The notes beneath the pieces were generated by a model. That model was not told the DNA's origin, did no database searches, and saw nothing but the letters and a program-made list of their open reading frames with translations. A DNA stretch of 60,222 nucleotides, taken from positions 1-60,222 of the forward strand of contig ONPL01000001.1 in NCBI GenBank assembly GCA_900319705.1. The letters are read 5' to 3'. The DNA is from an uncultured Pseudomonadota bacterium (GTDB lineage: Bacteria; Pseudomonadota; Gammaproteobacteria; Enterobacterales; Succinivibrionaceae). This document shows positions 42,164 to 53,031 of this stretch, one piece after another (the first letter of the stretch is position 1; every line of letters starts with the position of its first letter). The position numbers and the translations under genes are program-made.

Positions 42164-43093
42164 TCAGAAAGAGAATCCGTTGATTCTTACCGGTATACCC
42201 TTTCGTTCCGATAAAGCACGCTGAACAATTTCCTGATCCACATCATCTGATTGTATGATACTCAGAACCTGAGCAGAAATGTGCTTGAAAGAAACATCCT
42301 CGTTGGAATTGAGTTCCTCCTCTGTTGTAGACAGCGGCTGATGAACCTCAATGTACTTGGAACCGTCAGGTTCAACGGTCGCCTTGATCGGTTCATTGAT
42401 AAATTCGACTCTGGTATTTACAGGAACATTGTAAAACAACCATTTGATATCATCATCACGCAGTCTTATGCAACCGTGACTAACCCTCAGACCGATCCCG
42501 AAAGACGCATTGGTGCCGTGAATGGCATACATTCTTCCGACATACAGTGCATAAAGTCCCATCGGATTGTCTTTACCTGCAGGAACCACCTTAGGCAGAG
42601 TTATACCCTGAGCAGCATACTCGGCATGAACCTTTGCAGAAGGTGTCCAGGTAGGTCCGTCCTTCTTTCTTTCAACCTTGGTAACCCAGTCAACCGGAGT
42701 ATCCTTGCCGAGCTGGCCGATCCCTATAGGCAGAACAACCACATAATCAGGATCAGAACTCGGATAGTAATACAGTCTCATTTCTGCAGAATTTATCACA
42801 ATTCCTTTATGGACAGTATTAGGGAGAATCAGCTGATGAGGGATCAGCAGAACAGAACCGCTCGGCGGAAGATATGGATCCACCGATGGATTTGCCTCCA
42901 TCATATTGCTAAGTCCAAGGTTCATCAGGGAAGCTACATCCTCAAGTGACATTTTTCCTTTCGGAATGGTATAGTAGGAATTCTGTCCAACCAGATTTGA
43001 ATTTTCTTCAATGAAATATTCCTTTGCACCAGCACCGGAGCAGGAAACAAAAAACGCCGTAAAGGCGAACAGTATTTTTGGTAAAACTTTCAT
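42164..43093 (-). CDS. L,D-transpeptidase (YkuD/ErfK family) with N-terminal LysM-like segment
   Basis: Start set at [23 protein letters not shown] (signal peptide). Catalytic 'IHGTN...SHGCIRL'. Confidence 0.88.
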   Translation of the reverse strand: MKVLPKILFAFTAFFVSCSGAGAKEYFIEENSNLVGQNSYYTIPKGKMSLEDVASLMNLGLSNMMEANPSVDPYLPPSGSVLLIPHQLILPNTVHKGIVINSAEMRLYYYPSSDPDYVVVLPIGIGQLGKDTPVDWVTKVERKKDGPTWTPSAKVHAEYAAQGITLPKVVPAGKDNPMGLYALYVGRMYAIHGTNASFGIGLRVSHGCIRLRDDDIKWLFYNVPVNTRVEFINEPIKATVEPDGSKYIEVHQPLSTTEEELNSNEDVSFKHISAQVLSIIQSDDVDQEIVQRALSERKGIPVRINGFSF

Positions 43094-43405
43094 AAATATC
43101 TTTATTTTATATTCATAATACAGTAACACTGCCTTGTGAAACCGGCAAGCGGGAAACATTGTACATCAGATAGACAAAAAAGTTATCTTTTTTCTCTGAA
43201 GGTTTTACAAAATCATGTTCCAGAGGAAAGCAACAGTCCTTAATTCATAAAAAGTTCACCGGTTGCCGGGTATATGCTTGTGAAATTTATAAGATATTCT
43301 TTACTCCAATGAGCTCATAATTCATCTCCGGAAGTAGCTGTACAAACCAGGCCACGCAGAGATTTAACGCCATTTCCGACGCTGCTATCAAATGAAGAAA
43401 AAATA

Positions 43406-43434
43406 TTGAGCATCCCGGGTATCGCGTGTAAAAT
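43406..43434 (+). promoter_or_regulatory. sigma70-like promoter upstream of leuS
   Basis: 'ttgagc' (43406-11), 17 nt, 'taaaat' (43429-34). Confidence 0.45.
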
Positions 43435-43440
43435 GTAGCA

Positions 43441-43535
43441 TTAATGAAAATGTATGAAGGCAATGATAATGTCCGCATACAGAGGATAATCGAAAGCAGT
43501 TAACATAATTTGTGTTGTAGTACTGCTTTTTAATT
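43441..43535 (+). ncRNA. candidate ~95-nt leader or sRNA ending in a hairpin plus T-run, upstream of leuS
   Basis: Bounded by the promoter above and 'aagcagt ...21 nt... actgctt' followed by 'tttaatttttt' (43494-43539). The loop is large, so the terminator call is weak. Confidence 0.25.
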
Positions 43536-43564
43536 TTTTAACTAGTGCTAATTCGAGTATACAA

Positions 43565-46156
43565 ATGTCTGATATAAAAGAACAATACAATCCGCAGGAA
43601 ATAGAACCGAGAGTTCAAAAGCATTGGGAAGAAGATCAAACTTTCAAAGCTACAGAAGATCCGGACAAAGAAAAATTCTACTGTCTGTCTATGTTCCCTT
43701 ATCCTTCCGGCCGTCTTCATATGGGTCACGTAAGAAACTACACCATCGGAGACGTTATTTCCAAATTTCAGCGTTTAAACAAAAGAATGGTACTGCAGCC
43801 TATCGGCTGGGATTCCTTCGGTCTTCCTGCAGAAAATGCAGCATTAAAAAACAAGACTGCTCCTGCAAAATGGACCTATTCAAACATCGCATACATGAAG
43901 AAGCAGCTTAAACAGCTTGGTTTCGGCTACGACTGGGATCGCGAAATTGCCACATGCAAACCTGAATACTACCGCTGGGAACAGTGGTTCTTCACCCAGC
44001 TGTATAAAAAGGGTCTTGTTTACAAAAAATCAACTTCAGTAAACTGGTGTCCTCACGATCAGACCGTTCTGGCCAACGAACAGGTAATTGACGGCCGCTG
44101 CTGGCGCTGTGACTCTCTCGTAGAACGCAAAGAAATTCCGCAGTGGTTCTTAAAAATAACCAATTATGCAGAAGAACTGCTCAAAGATCTTGATACTCTC
44201 GACGGTTGGCCTGAAATGGTTAAGACTATGCAGAGAAACTGGATCGGCAAATCAGAAGGTCTGACAATTCAGTTTAAGGTTGCCAATTCAGACGAAATTC
44301 TTGAAATCTACACCACCAGACCGGATACGCTCATGGGTGTTACCTATGTAGCTGTGGCTGCAGATCACAAGATTGCCAAGGAAGCCGCTCAGAACAATCC
44401 TGAACTCCAGGCATTCCTGACAGAGTGCAGAAACACTAAAGTAGCAGAAGCCGAAATAGCCACAATGGAAAAGAAAGGTATGGCTACCGGTCTGTATGCA
44501 ATCCATCCGCTAACCAATGAACAGGTTCCAATCATGGTTGCCAACTTTGTTCTGATGGACTACGGTACCGGCGCTGTTATGGCGGTTCCAGCCCACGATC
44601 AGCGCGATTATGAATTTGCCCGCAAGTACAATCTGAATATCAAAGCCGTTATCAGACCGAAAGATCAGGAACAGGCTGATGTATCTGAACACTCTTTCGA
44701 AGATAAGACCGGTATAGTATACAACTCCGGAGAGTTTGACGGTCTTGATTTCCATCAGGCGTTCAATGCAGTTGCCGACAAAATTGAATCTCTTAACAAG
44801 GGTCACAGAACAGTCAACTACCGTCTGCGTGACTGGTCCATCTCCCGTCAGAGATACTGGGGAACTCCTATTCCGATGCTGACATTGGAAAACGGTGATG
44901 TAGTACCTGCACCAGAAAATCAAATCCCGGTGGTTCTTCCAGAAGACGTTACCATGGACGGAGTTCAGAGTCCGATCAAGACAAACAAGGAATGGGCAAA
45001 GACGACCTATAACGGTCAGCCTGCATTAAAGGAAACAGATACATTCGATACCTTCATGGAATCATCCTGGTATTATGCAAGATACTGCTGCAACCACTAT
45101 ACAGAAGGTATGCTTGATCCTCAGAAGACCAATTTCTGGCTTCCTGTTGATCAGTACATTGGAGGAATTGAGCACGCCTGTATGCATCTTCTCTATGCAC
45201 GATTCTTCCACAAACTGCTCAGAGATGCCGGTCTGGTAAACTGTGATGAGCCGTTCAAGAAACTTCTCTGCCAGGGAATGGTGCTGGCCGATGCATTCTA
45301 TTACATCGACAAAGACGGTTCAAAAGTATGGGTAAGCCCTCTTGATGTAAAGGTAACACGTGACGACAAGGGCAAGATAGTAGAAGCCAGGACGTTACAG
45401 GGACAGTCCGTTGTCCATGCAGGCATGACAAAGATGTCAAAATCAAAGAACAATGGTATTGATCCTCAGACTATGGTTGAAAGATACGGTGCCGATACAG
45501 TAAGGCTGTTCATGATGTTCGCCTCACCTGCTGAACTGACCCTTGAATGGAAGGAAGAGGGTGTGGAAGGAGCTCTGCGTTTCCTGAAGAAACTATGGAA
45601 CATAGTAATTTCAGCAATCCCTTATTCCGGCCTGAAACTCGATGTGAGCAAGCTGAACGAAAACCAGAAAGCTCTGCGCCGTGAACTTCACAAGACCATA
45701 GCCAAGGTAACCGATGATATCGGAAGAAGACAGACTTTCAACACTGCTATAGCTGCTGTTATGGAATTAATTAACAACATGAACAAGGCTCCTCTTGAAA
45801 CTGATCAGGATCGAGCCCTCTGCGTTGATATTCTTAACAACATTGTTCTGATGCTCTATCCGATAACTCCGCATATCTGCTTCGAACTGTGGCACAAGCT
45901 CGGTCACACCAGCAACATTGATAATGAAAGCTGGCCGGTGGTTGATGAAAGTGCTTTGGTTGAGACACAGAAACTGATCGTCATCCAGGTTAACGGTAAA
46001 GTGAGAGGCAAGGTAAATGTTGCAGTTGATGCAACAAAGGAACAGATTATGGAACTTGCACAGAAAGATGCAACTGTTACCAAGTTCATGGCCGATCACG
46101 AAATCAAGAAGGTAATCTACGTACCAGGCAAGTTATTGAATATTGTTGTCGGTTAA
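43565..46156 (+). CDS. leuS: leucine--tRNA ligase
   Basis: '[16 protein letters not shown]' (HIGH), 'KMSKSKNN' (KMSKS), CP1 editing domain, 863 aa. Confidence 0.96.
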   Translation: MSDIKEQYNPQEIEPRVQKHWEEDQTFKATEDPDKEKFYCLSMFPYPSGRLHMGHVRNYTIGDVISKFQRLNKRMVLQPIGWDSFGLPAENAALKNKTAPAKWTYSNIAYMKKQLKQLGFGYDWDREIATCKPEYYRWEQWFFTQLYKKGLVYKKSTSVNWCPHDQTVLANEQVIDGRCWRCDSLVERKEIPQWFLKITNYAEELLKDLDTLDGWPEMVKTMQRNWIGKSEGLTIQFKVANSDEILEIYTTRPDTLMGVTYVAVAADHKIAKEAAQNNPELQAFLTECRNTKVAEAEIATMEKKGMATGLYAIHPLTNEQVPIMVANFVLMDYGTGAVMAVPAHDQRDYEFARKYNLNIKAVIRPKDQEQADVSEHSFEDKTGIVYNSGEFDGLDFHQAFNAVADKIESLNKGHRTVNYRLRDWSISRQRYWGTPIPMLTLENGDVVPAPENQIPVVLPEDVTMDGVQSPIKTNKEWAKTTYNGQPALKETDTFDTFMESSWYYARYCCNHYTEGMLDPQKTNFWLPVDQYIGGIEHACMHLLYARFFHKLLRDAGLVNCDEPFKKLLCQGMVLADAFYYIDKDGSKVWVSPLDVKVTRDDKGKIVEARTLQGQSVVHAGMTKMSKSKNNGIDPQTMVERYGADTVRLFMMFASPAELTLEWKEEGVEGALRFLKKLWNIVISAIPYSGLKLDVSKLNENQKALRRELHKTIAKVTDDIGRRQTFNTAIAAVMELINNMNKAPLETDQDRALCVDILNNIVLMLYPITPHICFELWHKLGHTSNIDNESWPVVDESALVETQKLIVIQVNGKVRGKVNVAVDATKEQIMELAQKDATVTKFMADHEIKKVIYVPGKLLNIVVG

Positions 46157-46163
46157 TTCCCCG

Positions 46164-46191
46164 GTACACCGGGAAACCGGTGTACTTTTTT
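46164..46191 (+). terminator. intrinsic terminator between leuS and lptE
   Basis: 'gtacaccgg gaaa ccggtgtac' followed by 'tttttt', ending 11 nt before the lptE ATG. Confidence 0.75.
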
Positions 46192-46201
46192 GAGTAAGCT
46201 T

Positions 46202-46693
46202 ATGAAAATAATTAAGATTATAATCACATTCTGTCTGTTACTTACCCTGAACGGATGCGGTCTGCATCTCAGAGGAATGGGCAGTGCGGATTCGGACAAA
46301 ATTCACTACAAGTCTGTTCAGATTGTAGGCAATCGTAATTCCACTCTCTACCAGATGCTTTATACCAAGATAAATGCAATCGGTGTGAAAATTGTCGACA
46401 AACCGGCAGATGATACATTAATCCTGATTATCGGAGCAACGAACTTCACTCAGAAAACAGTATCCGTAGACAGTCGTTCCCAGGATGTAGAATACAGCTT
46501 AAGTGCCAAGACGATCTATTACTTCAAGACCAAGGACACCAAGCCGCAGAAGAAACTGTCCGCCTTTACCCGTTCACTTCTGAACAAGACGGAACAGGTT
46601 CTTGCATCATCCCACGAATCTGAAATGCTCAGGGAGGAGATGCTGCAGCATACCGCGGACGATATTTATATACAATTTCTGAGACAAAAGTAG
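46202..46693 (+). CDS. lptE: LPS-assembly lipoprotein LptE
   Basis: Start set at MKIIKIIITFCLLLTLNGC (lipobox L-N-G-C). 'GCGLHLRG' parallels E. coli 'GCGWHLR'. Sits in leuS-lptE-holA order. Confidence 0.88.
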   Translation: MKIIKIIITFCLLLTLNGCGLHLRGMGSADSDKIHYKSVQIVGNRNSTLYQMLYTKINAIGVKIVDKPADDTLILIIGATNFTQKTVSVDSRSQDVEYSLSAKTIYYFKTKDTKPQKKLSAFTRSLLNKTEQVLASSHESEMLREEMLQHTADDIYIQFLRQK

Positions 46694-46701
46694 CCACAAC
46701 A

Positions 46702-47736
46702 GTGAAATTTGCAAATCCAGAACAGTTTTTAAGATTACTGACCGGAACTAGGCGGCCGTCCATATTTATGATTTTCGGTGATGAACCGTTCATCAGGAAT
46801 CAGACTGTCAATTCTATAAAATCCTTTTTTAAATCAAACGGATTTTCTGAATTTTACTATTATGACGGAGAAAACTTTAACTGGAATGATTTGGAAAACG
46901 GTCTCATGTCCTTCGGACTGTTTTCCAACCAGCACCTTTTCTGCATCGATCTTACAGAAAAGACCCCGAAGGAATTCACTTCCAATGTCAAGACACTGTG
47001 TGAAGCCGCCAGCGATGAATCCATCATAGTAATATACGGCAACCACATGACCGGGACGCAGGAAAAAACCAAATGGTTCTCAGAACTTGCCAACAGTCCT
47101 AAAGCAGCGTACCTTGCTTTCTATCCACCTTCAGCAAATCAACTGCCGGGATGGTTCCTTGAGCAGGGACGTAAACTGAATATCAACCTCGCACCTGATG
47201 CCCAGTCGTTTATGGCTATCAATTTTGAAGGCAACCTGTCGGCCGGATACCAGGTGCTTTACAACCTCTATCTTCAGGGTATTACCGGAAATGTTTCCTA
47301 TGAAGATCTGAAAAAGCAGACCGTTGCCGAAAACCACTTCACTTCTGACGACTTTACAGCGGCACTGGCAGAAAAGAACAGCGCCAAAGCATTAAGGATC
47401 ATTCAAAATGTCAGGGAGGAACGTGTCGCCCTGAAAAGTTTCCTATGGGCAGTACATCGTGATCTTGCTGTAATCGTGGAACTTAAACATCCGGATCACC
47501 GTGGAGACTTTGAGATTTTCAAGAAGTATTCCGTGTTAATCAAATTTCACCAGGAAAGACTGCTAAAAATGGCGGCCAGTATTGCATCTGCAAAGCATCT
47601 GAACAATCTGGTAAAACTTTTCACAAGAATCGATGCCTCCGTTATCAGAGAGGATTATGCATGGGAACTGCTGGAAACCTATGCAGTCGGATTCAACAAC
47701 CCGGCATTTTTAAACGGTTTTATCAAAAATGTATAA
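46702..47736 (+). CDS. holA: DNA polymerase III delta subunit
   Basis: GTG start. 'NPEQFLRLL...FMIFGDEPF', 'KWFSELAN', 'QLPGWFLEQGRKLNINL', 'FEGNL' are colinear with E. coli HolA. Confidence 0.88.
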   Translation: MKFANPEQFLRLLTGTRRPSIFMIFGDEPFIRNQTVNSIKSFFKSNGFSEFYYYDGENFNWNDLENGLMSFGLFSNQHLFCIDLTEKTPKEFTSNVKTLCEAASDESIIVIYGNHMTGTQEKTKWFSELANSPKAAYLAFYPPSANQLPGWFLEQGRKLNINLAPDAQSFMAINFEGNLSAGYQVLYNLYLQGITGNVSYEDLKKQTVAENHFTSDDFTAALAEKNSAKALRIIQNVREERVALKSFLWAVHRDLAVIVELKHPDHRGDFEIFKKYSVLIKFHQERLLKMAASIASAKHLNNLVKLFTRIDASVIREDYAWELLETYAVGFNNPAFLNGFIKNV

Positions 47737-48352
47737 CAGAGCTGTCGGTATATTCGGAGGAACATTTGATCCATTCCATAACGGACACCTCCAGTTGGTA
47801 AGATCTGTGCTTAAACTCGGTATTCTTGAGCGAATCTACCTGATGCCTAACTATATTCCACCACACAAGCCTCAACCGGTTGCAGACGATCGTGATCGCC
47901 TCGCCATGATCAATCTGGTATGTGCACATGAACAGAACATATTTCCTTTGGACTTTGAAATCCGAAGGCAGTCGGTTTCATATACCTTCGAGACGGTCTC
48001 AAAACTTTCCGAGGATGAAAGATTCTCAAATACACGGATTACTCTACTGATCGGTATGGATTCCCTGATAAATTTTACGAGCTGGTATCATTATGAACAA
48101 CTACTGCAACAGGTCAACCTGGTTGTTGCCCGCCGGCCTCATTATGATCTTGCCGATCTGGATCAATGTCTGAAATCCAGAATCACCGGTACTGAAAAAT
48201 TCTCTCCATTCGATGCCGGACAGATCCTGCTGGTTGACAATCCTTCCGTGGATCTAAGTTCAAGTGAAATCCGCAGCCATAAATTCAACTCCATTGACAA
48301 CCTGATACCGCCTTATATCATCGATTACATCAAACAGCACCGCATCTACTGA
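47729..48352 (+). CDS. nadD: nicotinate-nucleotide adenylyltransferase
   Basis: 'GIFGGTFDPFHNGHL', 'PPHKPQP', 'SSSEIR'. Confidence 0.92.
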   Translation: MYNRAVGIFGGTFDPFHNGHLQLVRSVLKLGILERIYLMPNYIPPHKPQPVADDRDRLAMINLVCAHEQNIFPLDFEIRRQSVSYTFETVSKLSEDERFSNTRITLLIGMDSLINFTSWYHYEQLLQQVNLVVARRPHYDLADLDQCLKSRITGTEKFSPFDAGQILLVDNPSVDLSSSEIRSHKFNSIDNLIPPYIIDYIKQHRIY

Positions 48353-48421
48353 AACGAACCAGGAAGACCCTATCCGCAAGCAGTAATGATACATTTCTTA
48401 CTAAAAAAAAATCGCCTTCTT

Positions 48422-48430
48422 TGGTATAAT
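48422..48430 (+). promoter_or_regulatory. extended -10 element (TGgTATAAT) ahead of rlmH-mrdA-rodA
   Basis: 'tggtataat' lies 37 nt upstream of the rlmH TTG start. No good -35 at standard spacing. Confidence 0.4.
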
Positions 48431-48466
48431 AACTGTGTTTTTTGGTTTTAAATCAAGGTTAGTCAT

Positions 48467-48937
48467 TTGAAAATTTATCTGATCGCTGTCGGTACTAAAA
48501 TGCCATCATGGGTAACGGAAGGCTTTAACGAATACCAGAAAAGATTCCCCAAGGATAATGCTTTGGAACTTATTGAAATTCCGGCTGAACACCGTGGTAA
48601 AAATGCTAATTTTGCCAAAATTCTGCAAAAGGAAGGAGAAAACACCATAGCGGCGATTCCCAAGAATTCCCATGTGGTAACCCTTGATATTCCCGGTAAA
48701 ATGTATACCACCGAGGAACTGGCGGAAGAAATGAAAAAATGGAGAATGAGCGGTAAAGATGTAGCCCTCCTGGTAGGAGGACCTGAGGGGCTGGCCGATG
48801 AATGCAAGGCTTTGGCTAAACAGAGCTGGTCGCTGTCTAAACTTACAATGCCGCATCCTTTGGTCAGAATTGTTGTTGCAGAAAGTCTGTACCGTGCTTG
48901 GTCCCTAATTGCTAATCTTCCGTATCATAGGGAATAA
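48467..48937 (+). CDS. rlmH: 23S rRNA (pseudouridine1915-N3)-methyltransferase
   Basis: TTG start. '[24 protein letters not shown]...GGPEGL...[25 protein letters not shown]...PYHRE' is almost colinear with E. coli RlmH. Confidence 0.94.
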   Translation: MKIYLIAVGTKMPSWVTEGFNEYQKRFPKDNALELIEIPAEHRGKNANFAKILQKEGENTIAAIPKNSHVVTLDIPGKMYTTEELAEEMKKWRMSGKDVALLVGGPEGLADECKALAKQSWSLSKLTMPHPLVRIVVAESLYRAWSLIANLPYHRE

Positions 48938-50916
48938 TGATGTTTTTTTGGTCCAATAAGAAAAATGATTTTGACGTTGCAACAGATGAAACCGCCGAGG
49001 CGAACCTGTTCAACAACCGCATAAAAATAGCAATGATCGTTGTTGTTCTGATGGTTATTGCTTTAATCGTCAACCTGTATATTATCCAGATTGTCCAGTA
49101 CAGTTCATTTGAGAAACGATCCAATAACAACAGAATCAAGATCATTCCGATTGCTCCGCCGCGCGGGCTGATTTACGATCGCAACGGAGAAATTCTTGCA
49201 GACAACAAGCCAATATACGAAATAGAACTTATTCCGGAAAACCTGAGCAAAAATGTTACCCTCAAAGAAAGTCTCACAAAGCTCAGAGAATTACTGAAAC
49301 TGTCCATAGATGACAAGGATATAGAAAACATTATTGAGCGGGTTAAGTTCTCCAAAAAATTCAAATCAATCAGTGTCGCATCAAAACTTACGGAAGATCA
49401 GATAGCCATTTTTTCGGTAAACCAGTTCAACTTCAAAGGTTTCTCCATCGAACCGAAACTGAAACGTTTCTATCCGTTTGCTGACACTGTTACCCATGCA
49501 CTGGGGTACGTATCAAGGATCAATCAGAAGGATCAGGAAATCCTTGAAGCCCAGGGAAATGCAGAAAACTATGCCGCAACCCAGGATATGGGGAAACTCG
49601 GAGTTGAAAAATTCTACGAAGATATTCTTCATGGTAAAGTCGGCTACAAGGAGGTAGAGGTTGACAGTATCGGCCGCGTTGTGCAGACGCTGAAAAAAGT
49701 GCAGCCGATCCCGGGCAAAGACATCCATCTCACCATTGATATAAAACTGCAGCAGAAAGCACAGAAACTGCTTGAAGGAAACAAGGGTGCCATCATAATG
49801 ATGGATCCGCGCAACGGTGAAATTCTCGCATTTGCCTCAAATCCGACCTATGATCCTAATATGTTCGTAAGAGGGATTCTGAACAAGGAGTATCAGGAAC
49901 TGCTTAACAATCCGGAAAGGCCTCTCATCAACCGTGTTTCACAAGGCGGATATTCACCGGCATCAACCATCAAACCGATAATGAGCGTAATGGGTCTGAA
50001 TGAAGGTATTGTTACCGCCAAGACTAGATTCTTCGGCGGTCCCCACTACTCACTTCCCGGTTCCACCCACAAATTCAGAGACTGGCGCCGATGGGGTCAC
50101 GGATGGATGGATATCTACCGAGCCATTGAAATTTCCTGCGATACCTTTTTCTATGATATGGCTTTCAAATCTGGTATTGATAACATTCACAAATACATGT
50201 CATATTTCGGGTTCGGTCAGCCATCAGGTATCGATATATTTGAGGAATCTCTTGCAAATCTTCCAAGCAAGGAATGGAAGCGGAACAAATACCACCAGGT
50301 ATGGGTTCCCGGTGATACCGTACCTATCGGGATCGGACAGGGATACTGGACTACCACTCTGCTTCAGCTGGCTCGCGCTCATTCAATTCTGACACAGCAC
50401 GGAAAAAACGTAATTCCGCATCTTGCAAAGGAATATGACGAATTTGCCAGAGAGGAGTTCAAAATAAGAAATCCAAAGAAACAGTATGTAGAGCCAAAGG
50501 AAACGGCTGTCAGTGTGAAGAGTTCAAGCTACTTTGATATCGGCATGAAGGGAATGTACCTGGTAGTAAACGGTCCAGAAGGAACCGGACGAAAGGCATT
50601 CAGCGGGACCAAGTATGTCGCCGCGGGGAAATCCGGTACTGCGCAGATCATCACAATTAAGCAGGATCAGCATTACAATGCAGCCGCTATCAAGAAGGAG
50701 CACCGTGACAACGCACTCTTTGTTGCATTCGCTCCGTATGAAAAACCTATTGCAGTTGTCGGGATCCTTTTAGAAAACGTTGGAGGCGGAAGCCGTTTTG
50801 CAGCTCCGCTGGCGCGGCAGATGCTTGATGAATATCTGATAAATCTCGGATATCTGGAGAAAGAGCAGTCCGCAAAACAGAGCGAAAATGAAAACAAGCA
50901 GGATGATAAGAAATGA
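48937..50916 (+). CDS. mrdA: penicillin-binding protein 2 (elongasome transpeptidase)
   Basis: N-terminal TM, 'RGLIYDRNGEILA', 'STIKP', 'SCD', 'KSGTAQ'. Precedes rodA. Confidence 0.93.
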   Translation: MMFFWSNKKNDFDVATDETAEANLFNNRIKIAMIVVVLMVIALIVNLYIIQIVQYSSFEKRSNNNRIKIIPIAPPRGLIYDRNGEILADNKPIYEIELIPENLSKNVTLKESLTKLRELLKLSIDDKDIENIIERVKFSKKFKSISVASKLTEDQIAIFSVNQFNFKGFSIEPKLKRFYPFADTVTHALGYVSRINQKDQEILEAQGNAENYAATQDMGKLGVEKFYEDILHGKVGYKEVEVDSIGRVVQTLKKVQPIPGKDIHLTIDIKLQQKAQKLLEGNKGAIIMMDPRNGEILAFASNPTYDPNMFVRGILNKEYQELLNNPERPLINRVSQGGYSPASTIKPIMSVMGLNEGIVTAKTRFFGGPHYSLPGSTHKFRDWRRWGHGWMDIYRAIEISCDTFFYDMAFKSGIDNIHKYMSYFGFGQPSGIDIFEESLANLPSKEWKRNKYHQVWVPGDTVPIGIGQGYWTTTLLQLARAHSILTQHGKNVIPHLAKEYDEFAREEFKIRNPKKQYVEPKETAVSVKSSSYFDIGMKGMYLVVNGPEGTGRKAFSGTKYVAAGKSGTAQIITIKQDQHYNAAAIKKEHRDNALFVAFAPYEKPIAVVGILLENVGGGSRFAAPLARQMLDEYLINLGYLEKEQSAKQSENENKQDDKK

Positions 50917-52022
50917 GAAAGAAAATTATTGAATTTCTGAGCAACCTTCACCTTGATCTATCTCTGTGTCTCGGAATTTTCATCCTGATGGGAATGAATT
51001 TTGTTATTCTGTACTCTGCATCCGGAGCAAATCCGTCAGTGATGTACTCTCAGATAATACGTAGCGTGGTTGCAATTGCCATCATGATGTTTATGGCCTA
51101 TCTTCCTCCTCGTTTCTATAAAAAATGGGCCTTCACCCTGTATATTATCTGTACTATTCTTCTGCTGTGCGTGCTGCTGTTCGGACACGTGGGGAAAGGC
51201 GCAGAACGATGGCTTGATCTTGGAATCATACGTTTCCAGCCTTCTGAATTTCTAAAAATAGTAATGCCTATCGCCATAGCAGCATTTTTTGCCCGTGGAA
51301 AACTTCCGCCGAAACTCCTCTCGTTTGTATGTGCCATGATACTTATAGCCATACCGGTAGTACTGATCATTCTCCAGCCGGATCTTGGTACAGCTATTCT
51401 GATATCAATTTCTGGAGGATTCATTGTCTATCTGGCCGGGCTGAACTGGTATCTGATCCTTTTCGGTTCTCTGTCTCTGATCATATACTCTGTAATCCAT
51501 TGGTTCTTCTTCATGTATGACTACCAGAAACAACGCATAATAACCTTCCTGAATCCGGAATCAGATCCGTTGGACAAAGGCTATAATATAATCCAGTCAA
51601 AAATTGCGATCGGTTCAGGCGGTATGTGGGGAAAAGGCTGGCTGAACGGAACACAGTCACATCTCCAGTTTCTTCCGGAAAGGCATACCGACTTTATTTT
51701 TGCAGTATTCTGTGAAGAATTCGGATTTGTAGGATTTTTAGTGTTATTGACTGCTTATATGTATATAATATTGCGTTGTGTTTATATCAGCATGAATGCG
51801 CAGACCAATTTCCAAAGACTGCTCAGCGGATCTTTGACACTGACTTTTTTCTGTTATGTGTTTATCAACACAGGAATGGTAAGCGGACTGCTTCCTGTCG
51901 TAGGTGTACCGCTGCCGATGATCAGTTACGGTGGCACATCGCTTATAACTCTGTCAGCGTCATTCGGAATCATTATGTCGATACATACGCATCATAAAAA
52001 GAATTTTTACCAGTTGGGATAA
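50913..52022 (+). CDS. mrdB: SEDS peptidoglycan polymerase RodA
   Basis: 10-TM FtsW/RodA family: 'FQPSEFLKI', 'QPDLGTA', 'LPERHTDFIF', 'GVPLPMISYGGTS'. Confidence 0.93.
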   Translation: MRKKIIEFLSNLHLDLSLCLGIFILMGMNFVILYSASGANPSVMYSQIIRSVVAIAIMMFMAYLPPRFYKKWAFTLYIICTILLLCVLLFGHVGKGAERWLDLGIIRFQPSEFLKIVMPIAIAAFFARGKLPPKLLSFVCAMILIAIPVVLIILQPDLGTAILISISGGFIVYLAGLNWYLILFGSLSLIIYSVIHWFFFMYDYQKQRIITFLNPESDPLDKGYNIIQSKIAIGSGGMWGKGWLNGTQSHLQFLPERHTDFIFAVFCEEFGFVGFLVLLTAYMYIILRCVYISMNAQTNFQRLLSGSLTLTFFCYVFINTGMVSGLLPVVGVPLPMISYGGTSLITLSASFGIIMSIHTHHKKNFYQLG

Positions 52023-52024
52023 CC

Positions 52025-53023
52025 ATGAATAAAACTAGATTTTTAATTTGTTCAATTCTATTTACTTTAATGCCTTCATTTCAGGTTTTTTCTGCCGAGC
52101 TGGACAAGGCAACCAGCGCCAGACTGGCAACTCTGAGTAAACAGCTAAACGTAAGTCTCGAAGATTTAAAAAATGCGGTGGGAGAAGCCACCTATGAACA
52201 GAAAGTTATTGATTCAATCACCAAACCATGGGAGGCCAAACCATGGTACAAGTACCGCACCATTTTTCTGACCGAGGAAAGAGCAAAGGCCGGAGCCCAG
52301 TTTATGAAGGACAATCTTCCGGTATTTATCAAAGCTGAAAAGGCATACGGCGTAGATCGCGAAATTATCGCAGCCATTCTCGGTGTTGAAACATACTTCG
52401 GTACAAAAATGGGAGCATACAAAATTATAGACTCCCTCTACACTCTCGGTTTCCACTATCCAAAACGTGCAGAATTCTTCAGCAAGGAGTTTGCAAATTA
52501 CGTTAAACTGGCAAAAGAGCAGGAATGGGAACTGACCGAACACCTCGGTTCATATGCAGGTGCTATGGGAATGGGACAGTTCATGCCTTCAAGTTATATA
52601 CATTATGCAGTTGACTTCAACGGCGACGGCAAGAAGGATCTGTTCGGCAGCCGTGAAGATGCAATAGGCAGCATCGCCAATTATTTCCAGAAAAGCAAAT
52701 GGAAATTCCACCAGCCGGTGGCATATGAAGTTACTGTAGCAAAACCTGCCGGAATTGCCAGTCTGAAAAACAAGAAGAACACGCTGGACACCACCTGGGG
52801 AGCACTCAGAAAGAACGGTGTAAAATTAGTGGATGAAAGCATTCGTATCACCGACGATCAGAAAGTCAAGCTGCTGGCACTGGATGCTGACGAAGACAGC
52901 AAGCAGTACTTCGTAGTGTTCAACAACTTTATCTCCATTACCAGGTATAATACAAGTCCATTGTATGCCATGGCTGTATATGATCTGAGTAGAGCTATCG
53001 CCGATGAATTCAGTAATCTGTAG
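52025..53023 (+). CDS. mltB: lytic murein transglycosylase B
   Basis: Signal peptide; 'ILGVETYFG' (catalytic Glu), 'AGAMGMGQFMPSSY', 'DGDGKKDL'. Confidence 0.88.
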   Translation: MNKTRFLICSILFTLMPSFQVFSAELDKATSARLATLSKQLNVSLEDLKNAVGEATYEQKVIDSITKPWEAKPWYKYRTIFLTEERAKAGAQFMKDNLPVFIKAEKAYGVDREIIAAILGVETYFGTKMGAYKIIDSLYTLGFHYPKRAEFFSKEFANYVKLAKEQEWELTEHLGSYAGAMGMGQFMPSSYIHYAVDFNGDGKKDLFGSREDAIGSIANYFQKSKWKFHQPVAYEVTVAKPAGIASLKNKKNTLDTTWGALRKNGVKLVDESIRITDDQKVKLLALDADEDSKQYFVVFNNFISITRYNTSPLYAMAVYDLSRAIADEFSNL

Positions 53024-53031
53024 GTTTGATC

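Noticed and set aside
43287-43478. 63-aa minus-strand ORF in the L,D-transpeptidase/leuS intergenic region.
   Set aside because: No SD, low-complexity hydrophobic translation, and it overlaps the better-supported plus-strand promoter.
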